In this document: in pieces, positions 48,360 through 57,652 of the stretch
How positions within the stretch are numbered: the first letter of the stretch is position 1
Layout: the number at the start of each line of letters is the position of its first letter
DNA from: a virus
Length of the DNA stretch: 64,000 nt
Strand: one strand, 5' to 3'
Virus record (IMG/VR): IMGVR_UViG_3300044701_002547
Coordinates: 1-64,000 of that record
Notes under the pieces: generated by a model
Seen by the model: only the letters and a program-made list of their open reading frames with translations
What the model was told of the DNA's origin: nothing
Databases searched by the model: none
Position numbers and translations under genes: made by a program

Positions 48360-49111
48360 AACCAATTAAAGCAAAAGACCTTCTTGAACTGGATCGTCAT
48401 ATGAAAGTTGTAATGATTCGTCAGACACAACTTCCTCAGACTCTTGTTTATCAGGCGGGTAAGAACGATTATTCGGAAGATCCCATTCACACCAAAATGA
48501 CTCCTGGTGAAAAAGATTGTGGTAAATGGGTAATTGAACAACTTCTCGCAAATGAAAGAGGTCATTGGGGACCGCTGGAGCATCCTGCCATCTCTCTGGA
48601 CTGTGTTGGATTCGTTCATAATGTGATTGTTCAGGCAAGAACTCACCGTGTTGGAGTATCCTTTGATGTTCAGTCTCAGCGTTATACTGGTCGTCGCGTA
48701 TTGAAGGTTGCTAAGGGAGAACTGAAACCAGAAGAGGTTTATTATGTGCGCCCAGAAGGTCTCTACCTGGACCGTAAAGGGCACAAGTACGAATGGACAA
48801 GGGAAGATTATGAAAGGCAGTTAAAGTTCTGTCTGGCGGCATCTGAGAGGTATGCTGAGGGTTACGAACAGCGTGGTATGGCAGAGGAACATCTTCGTGA
48901 CTACCTTCCTCAGAACATTCGTCAAAACTTTGTGGTCTCATTCTCTCTTCGTGCCGCACTGCACTTCTTAGACCTGAGAGCAAAACTGGATGCTCAAGTA
49001 GAGATTCAGGCACTTTGCGAAGGTATGGTCCCTGTAATGAAAGAATGGGTTCCTGAAATCTTCAGTTACTATGAAGAAAAGCGTCTGCACAAGGCACGTC
49101 TGAGTCCCTGA
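48356..49111 (+). CDS. thyX: Flavin-dependent thymidylate synthase
   Basis: GHWGPLEH; QARTHRVGVSFDVQSQRY; HFLDLR. Confidence 0.95.
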   Translation: MKPIKAKDLLELDRHMKVVMIRQTQLPQTLVYQAGKNDYSEDPIHTKMTPGEKDCGKWVIEQLLANERGHWGPLEHPAISLDCVGFVHNVIVQARTHRVGVSFDVQSQRYTGRRVLKVAKGELKPEEVYYVRPEGLYLDRKGHKYEWTREDYERQLKFCLAASERYAEGYEQRGMAEEHLRDYLPQNIRQNFVVSFSLRAALHFLDLRAKLDAQVEIQALCEGMVPVMKEWVPEIFSYYEEKRLHKARLSP

Positions 49112-49141
49112 TCTAAATAATCTTACATATTATTAAAACTT

Positions 49142-49384
49142 ATGGCAATATATCCAATTATTCATAAAGAAACTGGCGAAAAGAAAGTCGTTGAAATGAG
49201 TGTTAACGACATTATGCAGTGGTATAAAGACAATCCTGAATGGAAAAGAGATTGGTCTGAGGGGTGTGCTACTCCCGGTGAAGTGGGAGATTGGCGCAAT
49301 AAATTAATTTCTAAGCATCCTTCATGGAATCAGGTATTGGACAATGCAAGTAAAGCACCAAAATCAACTGTAAAAAAACTCTAA
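49142..49384 (+). CDS. Conserved cyanophage hypothetical protein
   Basis: 80 aa; upstream of phoH; CTAAATA at 49113. Confidence 0.8.
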   Translation: MAIYPIIHKETGEKKVVEMSVNDIMQWYKDNPEWKRDWSEGCATPGEVGDWRNKLISKHPSWNQVLDNASKAPKSTVKKL

Positions 49385-49385
49385 T

Positions 49386-50138
49386 ATGGCAAGAAGAAAA
49401 AGAGCAGAGCAACCAATCGGGGTTGGTCTTACAACTCGTCAAATGAAGCGTAAAAAACCGTTAAGTGCTGAATATCTAGTAGATATTGACCCACTTACCG
49501 AAAATCAAAAGAAACTTTTTAATTCTTATGCCGCCCAAAAGCACTTGGTTGCCTATGGGTGTGCCGGTACGGGTAAAACTTTTATCACTCTTTATAATGC
49601 TCTTCGTGAGGTTTTGGATGAAAGAACACCCTACGAAAAAATCTATCTTGTTCGTTCTTTAGTTGCCACAAGAGAAATTGGATTTCTTCCCGGTTCTTAT
49701 GATGATAAGTCGGACATTTACCAGATTCCTTATAAGAATATGGTGAAGTATATGTTCCAACTTTCAAGTGATGCCGAATTTGAGATGCTTTATGGCAATC
49801 TCAAGGCACAGGAAACCATTAAGTTCTGGAGCACTTCATTCCTCAGAGGAACCACTCTCGATAATTCTATTATTATTGTGGATGAGTTTCAAAATATGTC
49901 ATATCACGAACTAGATTCTATTATCACTCGTGTTGGTGAGAACTCAAAGATTATGTTCTGTGGAGATGCGTCTCAGAGCGACCTTCAGAAAACAAATGAG
50001 CGTAATGGAATCGTTGATTTTATGACCGTATTGCGTAAAATGCCATCATTTGATATAATCGAATTTGGTGTAGATGATATTGTTCGTTCTGGACTTGTCA
50101 AAGAATACATTATTGCAAAACTAGAAGCAGGTTTTTAA
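49386..50138 (+). CDS. phoH: PhoH-family ATPase
   Basis: GCAGTGKT; EIGFLPG; FLRGTT; DEFQN; GDASQSD; IVRSGLV. Confidence 0.97.
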   Translation: MARRKRAEQPIGVGLTTRQMKRKKPLSAEYLVDIDPLTENQKKLFNSYAAQKHLVAYGCAGTGKTFITLYNALREVLDERTPYEKIYLVRSLVATREIGFLPGSYDDKSDIYQIPYKNMVKYMFQLSSDAEFEMLYGNLKAQETIKFWSTSFLRGTTLDNSIIIVDEFQNMSYHELDSIITRVGENSKIMFCGDASQSDLQKTNERNGIVDFMTVLRKMPSFDIIEFGVDDIVRSGLVKEYIIAKLEAGF

Positions 50139-50815
50139 TGTTTAATCATCTTGATAATGTACTTCCTCAACTTGAAAGAGAAACAATTGATGGAGTCCGA
50201 TATTATTCCGTACCCGATGAAGACCAACTACTCAAGTTGGTCTCTATCACTTCCGTAACCAGTCATTTTAATAAGGAAATCTTTGTTAAGTGGAGAAAAA
50301 AGGTCGGCACAGAAGAGGCTGACCGTATCACCAAAGCAGCAACAAGTCGTGGAACAGACCTACATACTTTAGTTGAGAACTATCTTTATAATAGGGACCT
50401 TCCTCCTGTTCAACCCATATCAGATTTTCTTTTTAAGATTGCTAAATCTAATCTGAATAGGATTGATAATATCTACTGTCTGGAAGGAGCTCTATATAGT
50501 AAACAACTTGGTGTTGCCGGTACTACTGACTGTATTGCCGAGTTTGATGGAGAACTTGCCATCATAGACTTTAAGACTTCTAAAAAACCAAAACCAAGAG
50601 ATTGGATTGAGAATTATTTCGTTCAGGCTATGTTCTATGGAATGGCACTTTACGAGATGACAGATATTAAAGTTAAAAAACTTGTAATTATTATGGCGTG
50701 TGAAAATGGTGAATGTGTTGTTTATGAAGAAAGAGACCTGAACAAATATATGAAGCTTGTTGTGGAATATATTAAAAAGTTTGTGAATGATAAACTTGAA
50801 CTAATGTCTGCTTGA
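50138..50815 (+). CDS. PD-(D/E)XK Cas4-like exonuclease
   Basis: SITSV...RGTDLH...AGTTDCIAEFDGELAIIDFKTS...YFVQ. Confidence 0.9.
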   Translation: MFNHLDNVLPQLERETIDGVRYYSVPDEDQLLKLVSITSVTSHFNKEIFVKWRKKVGTEEADRITKAATSRGTDLHTLVENYLYNRDLPPVQPISDFLFKIAKSNLNRIDNIYCLEGALYSKQLGVAGTTDCIAEFDGELAIIDFKTSKKPKPRDWIENYFVQAMFYGMALYEMTDIKVKKLVIIMACENGECVVYEERDLNKYMKLVVEYIKKFVNDKLELMSA

Positions 50816-50840
50816 CTAAACTATTATTTTATCTTATAAT
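50812..50840 (+). promoter_or_regulatory. Sigma70 promoter
   Basis: TTGACT-17 nt-TATAAT. Confidence 0.85.
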
Positions 50841-50861
50841 ACATATTATTAATGTTAAATT

Positions 50862-51176
50862 ATGGCAAATATATTAGAGACATTTCTAGAAATTAATATA
50901 GAATCTATGGAACAAACGGAAACGAACAAAGAATTAGAAAAAGCAATAGAAGATAAGTTTCTTACTCCTTCCAAGTTTGCTTTAGAAATTGAAAAAATAG
51001 TTGCGGAAGAAAACTGCAATTATATTGATGCTATTTGTCATTATTGTGAAATCAACGGTATTGATGTAGAATCGGTTACTAAACTAGTCTCCAAACCTCT
51101 CAAAGAAAGATTAAAGTATGATGCGATTAGTCTTAACTTTATGAAGAAAACTTCCCGTGCTCGTTTGCCTATCTGA
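50862..51176 (+). CDS. 33: Late transcription coactivator gp33
   Basis: FALEIEKIV...NYIDAICHYCE...LKERLKYDA..LNF; start may be the ATG at 50907. Confidence 0.9.
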   Translation: MANILETFLEINIESMEQTETNKELEKAIEDKFLTPSKFALEIEKIVAEENCNYIDAICHYCEINGIDVESVTKLVSKPLKERLKYDAISLNFMKKTSRARLPI

Positions 51177-51763
51177 TGTCACCTTTTGAAACTTATCAAG
51201 CATATTTGGGAATTAAGAATCATTTCACCAATCCCAAATATGATTACTTTAAATATAAAAAAACAAGAGCAACACTTACATCATTTAACAAACGCAAAGA
51301 CCGATATTTTTTCGAGAAAACCAGTCGTAAGTATTCCGATAAAGAAATAGTAGATTTTTTAGTATCAAACTTTATAGTAGCAGATAATCCCCAAAGCATA
51401 TGGATTGGCGAAATTATCAATTCTGGAGAAAGAAACTACCAGGAATGGATGAAAAGACAGCAGAGTTTGAGTTACTTGTTCAAGGAGCAATCAACCGAAT
51501 TGTTCTCGGAAGTAAAATTAGAAGATGCTCTGAACTGCTCCAAAGGGCATCCACCAATTCTAAAAAAATTCCTGAGCGGGAAGATTTGTATTGAAACTTT
51601 GGTAATTTATGATATAATATTCCTGTTCGGGAATAAGTTTGACAGGAAACTTCTGGACCCGGTGTGGGAAACCGTAAGTTTAAAAATTAAAAAGTATATG
51701 CCGTTTCTAAATATTGATGTGTTTCAGTACAAGCGAATTTTGAGGGATATTGTAAATGAGTAG
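51176..51763 (+). CDS. 59: Helicase loader gp59
   Basis: YLGIKNHF...YDYFKY...KRKDRYFFEK; synteny. Confidence 0.92.
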   Translation: MSPFETYQAYLGIKNHFTNPKYDYFKYKKTRATLTSFNKRKDRYFFEKTSRKYSDKEIVDFLVSNFIVADNPQSIWIGEIINSGERNYQEWMKRQQSLSYLFKEQSTELFSEVKLEDALNCSKGHPPILKKFLSGKICIETLVIYDIIFLFGNKFDRKLLDPVWETVSLKIKKYMPFLNIDVFQYKRILRDIVNE

Positions 51764-52085
51764 TTTTTTTGATTCTGAACTTATTCAGGAAGAACTAAAA
51801 GAAATTCACGAACTTCAGGAGTTTATATACAAAAGTATTTTAACTTTTGGTATGATGCCCCGAGAAGACAAACTGGAACACATTGAAAAAATGACACGAC
51901 TGCTTGAAAAGCAGCGAATTATGTACACCAGACTTTCTCTTTCTGACGACCCAGAAGCGGTAGAAATGAAAGAAAACCTAAGAAAGTCAGTTGCTCTGAT
52001 GGGATTTCCACCAGAGACTGATATGAGCATTCTTTTTGGTAGTATGACAAAAACTATTGAATCACTTAAAAAGTATCTTGACTGA
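51756..52085 (+). CDS. DUF1825-like hypothetical protein
   Basis: FFDSELIQEE...EKQRIMYTRLSLSDDPEA. Confidence 0.8.
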   Translation: MSSFFDSELIQEELKEIHELQEFIYKSILTFGMMPREDKLEHIEKMTRLLEKQRIMYTRLSLSDDPEAVEMKENLRKSVALMGFPPETDMSILFGSMTKTIESLKKYLD

Positions 52086-52106
52086 TAAGTGATTTTTTGT
52101 TATAAT
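52078..52106 (+). promoter_or_regulatory. Sigma70 promoter for gp32
   Basis: TTGACT-17 nt-TATAAT. Confidence 0.85.
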
Positions 52107-52150
52107 ATCTAAGTAAATCTCCCGAATCCAAACTATCCGAGGTATCTAAA

Positions 52151-53068
52151 ATGGGTTTTGCCGACCTTAAAAAACAATCTAAACTTGGTTCTCTCACCGA
52201 AAAACTGGTGAAAGAAGTTGAAAAAATGAATAATAATACATCATCTGGCGATGATCGTGTGTGGAAACTTGATTGCGACAAATCTGGTAATGGTTACGCA
52301 GTCATTCGCTTTCTGCCTGCTCCCGATGGTGAAGATCTGCCCTTTGTGAAACTTTATAGCCACGCCTTTCAAGGTCCTGGCGGTTGGTATATTGAAAATT
52401 CTTTGACCACTATGGGGCAAAAAGATCCCGTTTCGGAAATGAATACCGAACTGTGGAACAATGGAACTGATGCAGGTAAAGAACTGGCACGTAAGCAGAA
52501 GCGCAAACTGACTTACATTAGCAATATTTACGTTGTGAAGGATCCTGCTAATCCTGAGAACGAAGGTAAAGTCTTCTTGTTCAAGTTTGGTAAAAAAATC
52601 TTTGATAAACTCACTGCTGCAATGCAACCTGAGTTTGAAGATGAGGAAGCAATTGACCCCTTTGACTTCTGGAAGGGTGCTAACTTCAAACTGAAGGCAA
52701 AGAATGTTGCTGGTTATCGTAACTATGATTCCAGCGAGTTTGCGAATCCTTCTGCTCTCCTAGACAACGATGATGAACTGGAATCAGTCTGGAAAAAGCA
52801 ATATTCTCTTGCTGAACTCGTCGCTGCCGATCAGTTCAAAACCTATGACGAACTGAAAAAGCGTCTTGGTTATGTTCTGGGTTCTAAAGGTTCTTCCCGT
52901 GTGGATGAAGAAGTTGAGAGTGAGGACAACACCCGTGGTTCTGCTCCCGACCTTGATGACGAACTCCGCAGCGAACTTAATAATTTGAAACCGACTCGTC
53001 GTGCTCCCGTTGAGGATGATGATGACGATGCGCTTTCATACTTCGCAAAGTTGGCATCTGACGACTGA
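52151..53068 (+). CDS. 32: Single-stranded DNA-binding protein gp32
   Basis: GNGYAVIRFLPA...WYIENS...FGKKIFDK...GANFKLK...NYDSSEF; acidic tail. Confidence 0.97.
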   Translation: MGFADLKKQSKLGSLTEKLVKEVEKMNNNTSSGDDRVWKLDCDKSGNGYAVIRFLPAPDGEDLPFVKLYSHAFQGPGGWYIENSLTTMGQKDPVSEMNTELWNNGTDAGKELARKQKRKLTYISNIYVVKDPANPENEGKVFLFKFGKKIFDKLTAAMQPEFEDEEAIDPFDFWKGANFKLKAKNVAGYRNYDSSEFANPSALLDNDDELESVWKKQYSLAELVAADQFKTYDELKKRLGYVLGSKGSSRVDEEVESEDNTRGSAPDLDDELRSELNNLKPTRRAPVEDDDDDALSYFAKLASDD

Positions 53069-53084
53069 TTCTGTGCTATAATAC

Positions 53085-53113
53085 GGGGGAGGTCAAGGGT
53101 CTCCCCTTTTTTT
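53085..53113 (+). terminator. Rho-independent terminator after gp32
   Basis: GGGGAG...CTCCCC plus T7. Confidence 0.75.
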
Positions 53114-53701
53114 ATGAAATCTGATTACTACATTGACCGAATTACAAAAAAACAGGCAGAAGAACTTCTACTGACCTATCACTATCTCAAAGATATTTCA
53201 AAGGATTTTAAGTCTGGGTATAATTATGGACTTTTTAAGAAGAATGATTTCTCTCCTTTAAATATTGGACAATTGCTTGGGGCAATAATTTTCACGGGTC
53301 TCCCTGTTCCAGAAATTGCCAAAGGCGCTTTTGGTCTAGAACGAAATGAACAACAAGGACTTTTTGAACTTTCGCGTCTCTGCATCCACCCAGACATACA
53401 ATCTGGTGAGCATAATATCACTTCTTGGTTTGTTTCAAGAGCGATTAGACAGTTACGGAAGGATACTGAAGTTAAAGCAATTATCTCTTACGCTGATAGT
53501 GATTTTCATTCTGGCACAATCTATCGCGCTTGTAATTTCCAATATTGCGGACTCTCAGACCCAAAAAAAGACTTCTACTTTGCAGACGGAACTAAACACT
53601 CTAGAGGCAAAGTTAAAGGTGCTGCAGGAGAATGGAAAGAACGCTCCCGCAAACACCGATATGTAATGGTCTTTGATAAGTCTTTAAATCTCTTATGGTG
53701 A
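53114..53701 (+). CDS. Mom-like (GNAT-fold) putative DNA modification protein
   Basis: HYL...FELSRLC...SWFVSRAIRQL...ISYADSDFHSGTIYRACNF.YCG...KHRY. Confidence 0.75.
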   Translation: MKSDYYIDRITKKQAEELLLTYHYLKDISKDFKSGYNYGLFKKNDFSPLNIGQLLGAIIFTGLPVPEIAKGAFGLERNEQQGLFELSRLCIHPDIQSGEHNITSWFVSRAIRQLRKDTEVKAIISYADSDFHSGTIYRACNFQYCGLSDPKKDFYFADGTKHSRGKVKGAAGEWKERSRKHRYVMVFDKSLNLLW

Positions 53702-54340
53702 GGTAACTCTGGTATTCTCGGTCTTAATAGTCTTATTATCTACATATTGCGATGACTTACCATAAGTCATTTCTCTTCTAGTATCAAGAAGAACTTGTTG
53801 TAAATATCTTGGTTTTAGGACGTAAATACCTCTTTTTTCATTGTTCTTACGAACTTCATATTCGTAATTAGTTATTCCATTAACAGGATTGAGTGTAGTA
53901 ATAATATTATCTGGATTTGGAATTGTAAAATCAGAATCCACAACTTTACCAGCGGGAAGAATTAAACGATCTTGCGAATCTTTGACTTCTGTAGTTTCAT
54001 AATGGTGAATTGCATTCAAATCTTCACCATAAATTTCTTCCGCATAATCATAAATTTGTCTATCAGAAAGGGGCCATTGATCTCTTACATTTGTAATTCC
54101 AGCAGTTACTAATACAACCCAATCATACTGAACACTTCCGTAAAGTTCTTCTGCAACAAGTTCTGGACGTGATCCATCGGGAATTTGATACTTATCAAAG
54201 ATAGTGAATACATTTTGTAAGTCATCACGAAGTTTAACTCTACGAAATAGATTTTTTACAAGTAAATAATCACTTGAAGACTTTCTATTCGATAAGAATG
54301 ATTGATACTCTAAGTTTGGAAGTTCTCTGAAATAGCTCAT
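53693..54340 (-). CDS. 53: Baseplate wedge subunit gp53
   Basis: YFRELP...RPELVAEELYG...WVVL...WPLS...NYEYE..KNNEKR. Confidence 0.93.
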   Translation of the reverse strand: MSYFRELPNLEYQSFLSNRKSSSDYLLVKNLFRRVKLRDDLQNVFTIFDKYQIPDGSRPELVAEELYGSVQYDWVVLVTAGITNVRDQWPLSDRQIYDYAEEIYGEDLNAIHHYETTEVKDSQDRLILPAGKVVDSDFTIPNPDNIITTLNPVNGITNYEYEVRKNNEKRGIYVLKPRYLQQVLLDTRREMTYGKSSQYVDNKTIKTENTRVTSP

Positions 54341-55221
54341 TAGAATCCTGTTCCCTCTGCGCCTATTCCTGTATCGTAATCCTCAGCATATATTGGGCTG
54401 AGTTCTTTAAAAGTAAGACTTAAAACTATATTTACTGGTGCTCCATCAGAATAAGTTGCGTAAGTTCCAGAACCAGTATAATTAACTCCTACTCCAGTAA
54501 GAGCACAAATTTTAAATCTATTTAGATATGGATGACGATTTCCTCCACTCATATATTCAAGTCGGAATACATCAGGTGCCTTTAAGAATAATCCACTACC
54601 AGTTCCTACTCCTTGTCTTTTTGCAGCACTATATTTTTTAAATTTTCTAATGATTTGTTTGACTACTTGTGCTTCTTTTTGTGAGCGAGGGACCATATCA
54701 AATGCAAATGAAAATGGCTGTCTTAAAGAAACACCTGAAAAAATTAATTCAATATTCGAGTTAGTGACTGCTCCTGCGTATCTTGAAAGAGTTTTATCAA
54801 TAGATGTATTTCCTCCAAATAATATGTTAGTTCCTAGTTTTATTCCTAAAGCAGTATAAAATTTTTGAGCTGATCCACCAGTAAGTTCATCAAGTGCTGT
54901 GTTTGCAGTGTTTTTTATTGCGTTTATATCTAAACTTCCTAAATTTTGTAATAAACCTGCTGTTCCTGCTTCTAATGGATTTAAAGAACTTTCTCCCCAT
55001 CCAGTAGCATTCGTATCCTTTATGTCTTCAGGAATAGGAAGTATAAAATAATCCAATTCTTTCTTTACATCTCTAGGATCTCCTGCTGTTGGTGCTGCAA
55101 GAGGAGTGGGACTATTTTGGACAGGTGAAAATCCTGGAGCTTTATATTCAAGCGCAGTAATCTTTAAATAATCATCAGAAGAATCAAGCTTAGTAAGTGG
55201 ATATCTTAACAGTTCTGCCAT
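54340..55221 (-). CDS. 48: Baseplate tail tube cap gp48
   Basis: LRYP...ELIFSGVSLR.PFSFAFDMVPRSQKEA...CALTGVGVNY...LTFKEL. Confidence 0.9.
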   Translation of the reverse strand: MAELLRYPLTKLDSSDDYLKITALEYKAPGFSPVQNSPTPLAAPTAGDPRDVKKELDYFILPIPEDIKDTNATGWGESSLNPLEAGTAGLLQNLGSLDINAIKNTANTALDELTGGSAQKFYTALGIKLGTNILFGGNTSIDKTLSRYAGAVTNSNIELIFSGVSLRQPFSFAFDMVPRSQKEAQVVKQIIRKFKKYSAAKRQGVGTGSGLFLKAPDVFRLEYMSGGNRHPYLNRFKICALTGVGVNYTGSGTYATYSDGAPVNIVLSLTFKELSPIYAEDYDTGIGAEGTGF

Positions 55222-55229
55222 TTACTTTT

Positions 55230-55610
55230 TTAACTATTTAGACGAATATTTCCAAAAGGTAGTTTTCTTAAATCGCTGAGCTCTTCTTGATAAACCTCAT
55301 ACATTCCTCCAGCAACTTCATCCCAAGTATATTGCCTTTCTTCTCCCCAATGATAATTAAATCCTCTAAATCCCCACTTATATACATTCGTAACGGCAAC
55401 TAGGGGGTTTTGATCGTATCTTGTATTTGGAGTCTTAGCATTATAAACAAAAATGTAAAATGCTCCTGCTCTTGGGGGGTCTTTAGTTTCTCTAAGAATG
55501 CCCATTAGTTCAAGCATTATATCATCCGCTCTTTCAGTTCCATTCAGTTCTTTTACGAGTCTTGCTACTCGATTTCTTTTTGATTTTTGTTGAAGAGTCT
55601 TTCTTGGCAT
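55230..55610 (-). CDS. 2: DNA end protector gp2-like protein
   Basis: FVYNAKT...YDQNPLV...GFRGFNYHW; synteny. Confidence 0.75.
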   Translation of the reverse strand: MPRKTLQQKSKRNRVARLVKELNGTERADDIMLELMGILRETKDPPRAGAFYIFVYNAKTPNTRYDQNPLVAVTNVYKWGFRGFNYHWGEERQYTWDEVAGGMYEVYQEELSDLRKLPFGNIRLNS

Positions 55611-56053
55611 TACTTGATACCGAGTTCGTTTTCCGTAATTACCTTAAATTCGTATCCACGATCAGCACACCACTCTCTTGCTGCTTCCCACTTGGATTGA
55701 TTTTTGGCATATTCATAGACCTCACTGATATATTGCTTAGTTTGTCTCTTTGGTTTTGGTGGAGGAATTGTTTGTCTTTTTGGTTTAATCTCAATCATAT
55801 ACTTTTTAATTGCTCCACTACTTTCTTTCACCTTAATTAGAAAGTCGGGAAAATAACGATGAGGTTTTCCGTCTAGTGGAGATTTATACCAAACAAACAT
55901 TTCTTCATTGGACCATTCTAAAATGTTTTCATTTGTATCACAATATTTCATAAATTTACGTTCCCAACTTGATCTATAGTATATTTCACAGGGATTTCCT
56001 TTATATTTTTTTGGAAATTTTGGTGAGTATTTCCCTTGCAAAAATTTTTTCAT
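55610..56053 (-). CDS. 4: Head completion nuclease gp4
   Basis: KYKGNP..IYYRSSWERKFM.YCD...RYFPDF...IEIKP...NQSKWEAA. Confidence 0.93.
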   Translation of the reverse strand: MKKFLQGKYSPKFPKKYKGNPCEIYYRSSWERKFMKYCDTNENILEWSNEEMFVWYKSPLDGKPHRYFPDFLIKVKESSGAIKKYMIEIKPKRQTIPPPKPKRQTKQYISEVYEYAKNQSKWEAAREWCADRGYEFKVITENELGIK

Positions 56054-56709
56054 TTATTTTTATCCCATTTCCATTGCCCCTTTATTCTTCCAAGCACAAA
56101 ATCTTGTCCCGGACTTTCAATAGATCTTTTATTAATTTTTCCATTATTCCACCACTTTGTTCCTTTTGATAAACCCAATTTATCATTTGGGGGCCTTATT
56201 CCTTTTTCTTTTAAAGTTTGTGATATTTGTTTGCGTTGTTTTTGTCCTTCTTCTGTTTGATAGTAATTTAATCTATCTATTGATTTTAATTTTTTATATT
56301 CTTCTGTATGTTTTTTTCCAGTCCAAAAATTTCCGTATAATTTTTTATACTCTTTTAATCTTTCACCTTTTGGATCAGGTGCAGATTTTCCTTTATTTTT
56401 TAAACTTATTTTATTTTTAGTTTCTTCCGTATGATTAAATCCCAGTAAGCCTTCTCCACCTAATGTTTGATTATATTCTGGGTTAATTTTGCTAATCCAA
56501 AATTTTTCTCTTTCTAATAAATTATCCCAATCTTTACATTCTTCTATTTTTTCAATATAAAAATTTTCTTCTCCATATTTTACTATTGCTTTTGCTATTC
56601 CACAATTTAAATGTTTTTTATGTTCATTAAATCTTTTATTTAATGATCTAGATGTTATTCCTATATATTTTTTATTATTGATTTTATTAATTATTTGATA
56701 TACAAACAT
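56050..56709 (-). mobile_element. GIY-YIG homing endonuclease with NUMOD3-type repeats
   Basis: FVYQIINKINNKKYIGIT...RFNEH...E...YN; HTEETKNKIS and GKKHTEE repeats; WWNNG; AT-rich. Confidence 0.92.
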
Positions 56710-56714
56710 TATTT

Positions 56715-56768
56715 TTATGTTAGGTCTCCCTTATATTTATAATTTAACTTTCCGTTGTAAGAAGACAT
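56715..56768 (-). pseudogene. Relic 5' end of gene 4 (17 codons) containing a TATAAATA late promoter
   Basis: Translates MSSYNGKLNYKYKGDLT*, matching the gp4 N-terminal pattern Y.GK...KYKG(D/N)P. Confidence 0.6.
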
Positions 56769-56808
56769 CTAAATAACTGTAGCATAATACTCATATAAGG
56801 TATTTAGA

Positions 56809-57624
56809 GTGTCGACAATAAGACCCAGAAAAATATCTACTTTCAGATCACTCTTTGGAAATCTAGCACAAACATCTCATTATCAAGTAATTTTTGGAGG
56901 ACTACCTGTTCCCTTGACAAATTATTTGATACGCAGGTCAGTAACTTTACCATTTGTTGCTGAAAATGCGGGTCTGCTTTGTTTCAATGCATCTCTTCCA
57001 ACAGCATCCTTTGCCACTAAAAATGTTGATGGAAACTTCACTGGAGTTAGTGAAAAATTTGCTACTGCCAGAATGTATGATGAAATTGGATTGGATTTTT
57101 ATGTTGATAGTAATTATCAACAAATGAAGTTTTTAGAATCTTGGATGGAATTCATTGCAAGTGGTTCTCATAATCCACTTGGAAGTAGTTTGCCGCCAGT
57201 CAATCAGGCAAATGCAAACTACTTTATGAGAATGCAATATCCAGAAACTTATAAGTGTAGTTTCACTAGAATTTTAAAATTTGATAGAGATTATAATCAA
57301 GAAATAGAATACAGGTTTATAGGTCTTTGGCCTTATGCTATGAGCGCACCTACAATTTCTTATCAATCATCTGAGATTATGAAAGTTTCTGCGACATTTA
57401 AATTTGATCGTTACATTGCAGGAAGAGCACTCAGCATCAACACTTTTATAGGTGATGATAATAACAAGCAATCAACTCAAACTGGAGATGTAACAACATC
57501 TAGACTGATTCCAGTTCGTGGTAACAGTGGTGTTGTTTTTTATGACGCTAATATAGATACGAGAACAACTGCTGAAGTTAATAGAAGATTCTTTGATGCT
57601 CAAGGACGCCCAGTTATCAACTAA
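56809..57624 (+). CDS. Tail tube-like / baseplate tube initiator (gp19/gp54-like) protein
   Basis: LLCFNASLP...FYVD...FLESWMEFI...WPYAM...VSATFKF; GTG start; CTAAATA at 56769. Confidence 0.75.
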   Translation: MSTIRPRKISTFRSLFGNLAQTSHYQVIFGGLPVPLTNYLIRRSVTLPFVAENAGLLCFNASLPTASFATKNVDGNFTGVSEKFATARMYDEIGLDFYVDSNYQQMKFLESWMEFIASGSHNPLGSSLPPVNQANANYFMRMQYPETYKCSFTRILKFDRDYNQEIEYRFIGLWPYAMSAPTISYQSSEIMKVSATFKFDRYIAGRALSINTFIGDDNNKQSTQTGDVTTSRLIPVRGNSGVVFYDANIDTRTTAEVNRRFFDAQGRPVIN

Positions 57625-57652
57625 ATAAATTTACTGAAGTTTTTAGGTTATT

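Noticed and set aside
48248-49013. Antisense ORFs across thyX (and the similar one across gp32)
   Set aside because: Shadow frames of well-conserved genes
56050-56768. Group I intron or translational bypass joining the relic to gp4
   Set aside because: No room or sequence for an intron core, and downstream gp4 has its own complete N-terminus and coupled ATG
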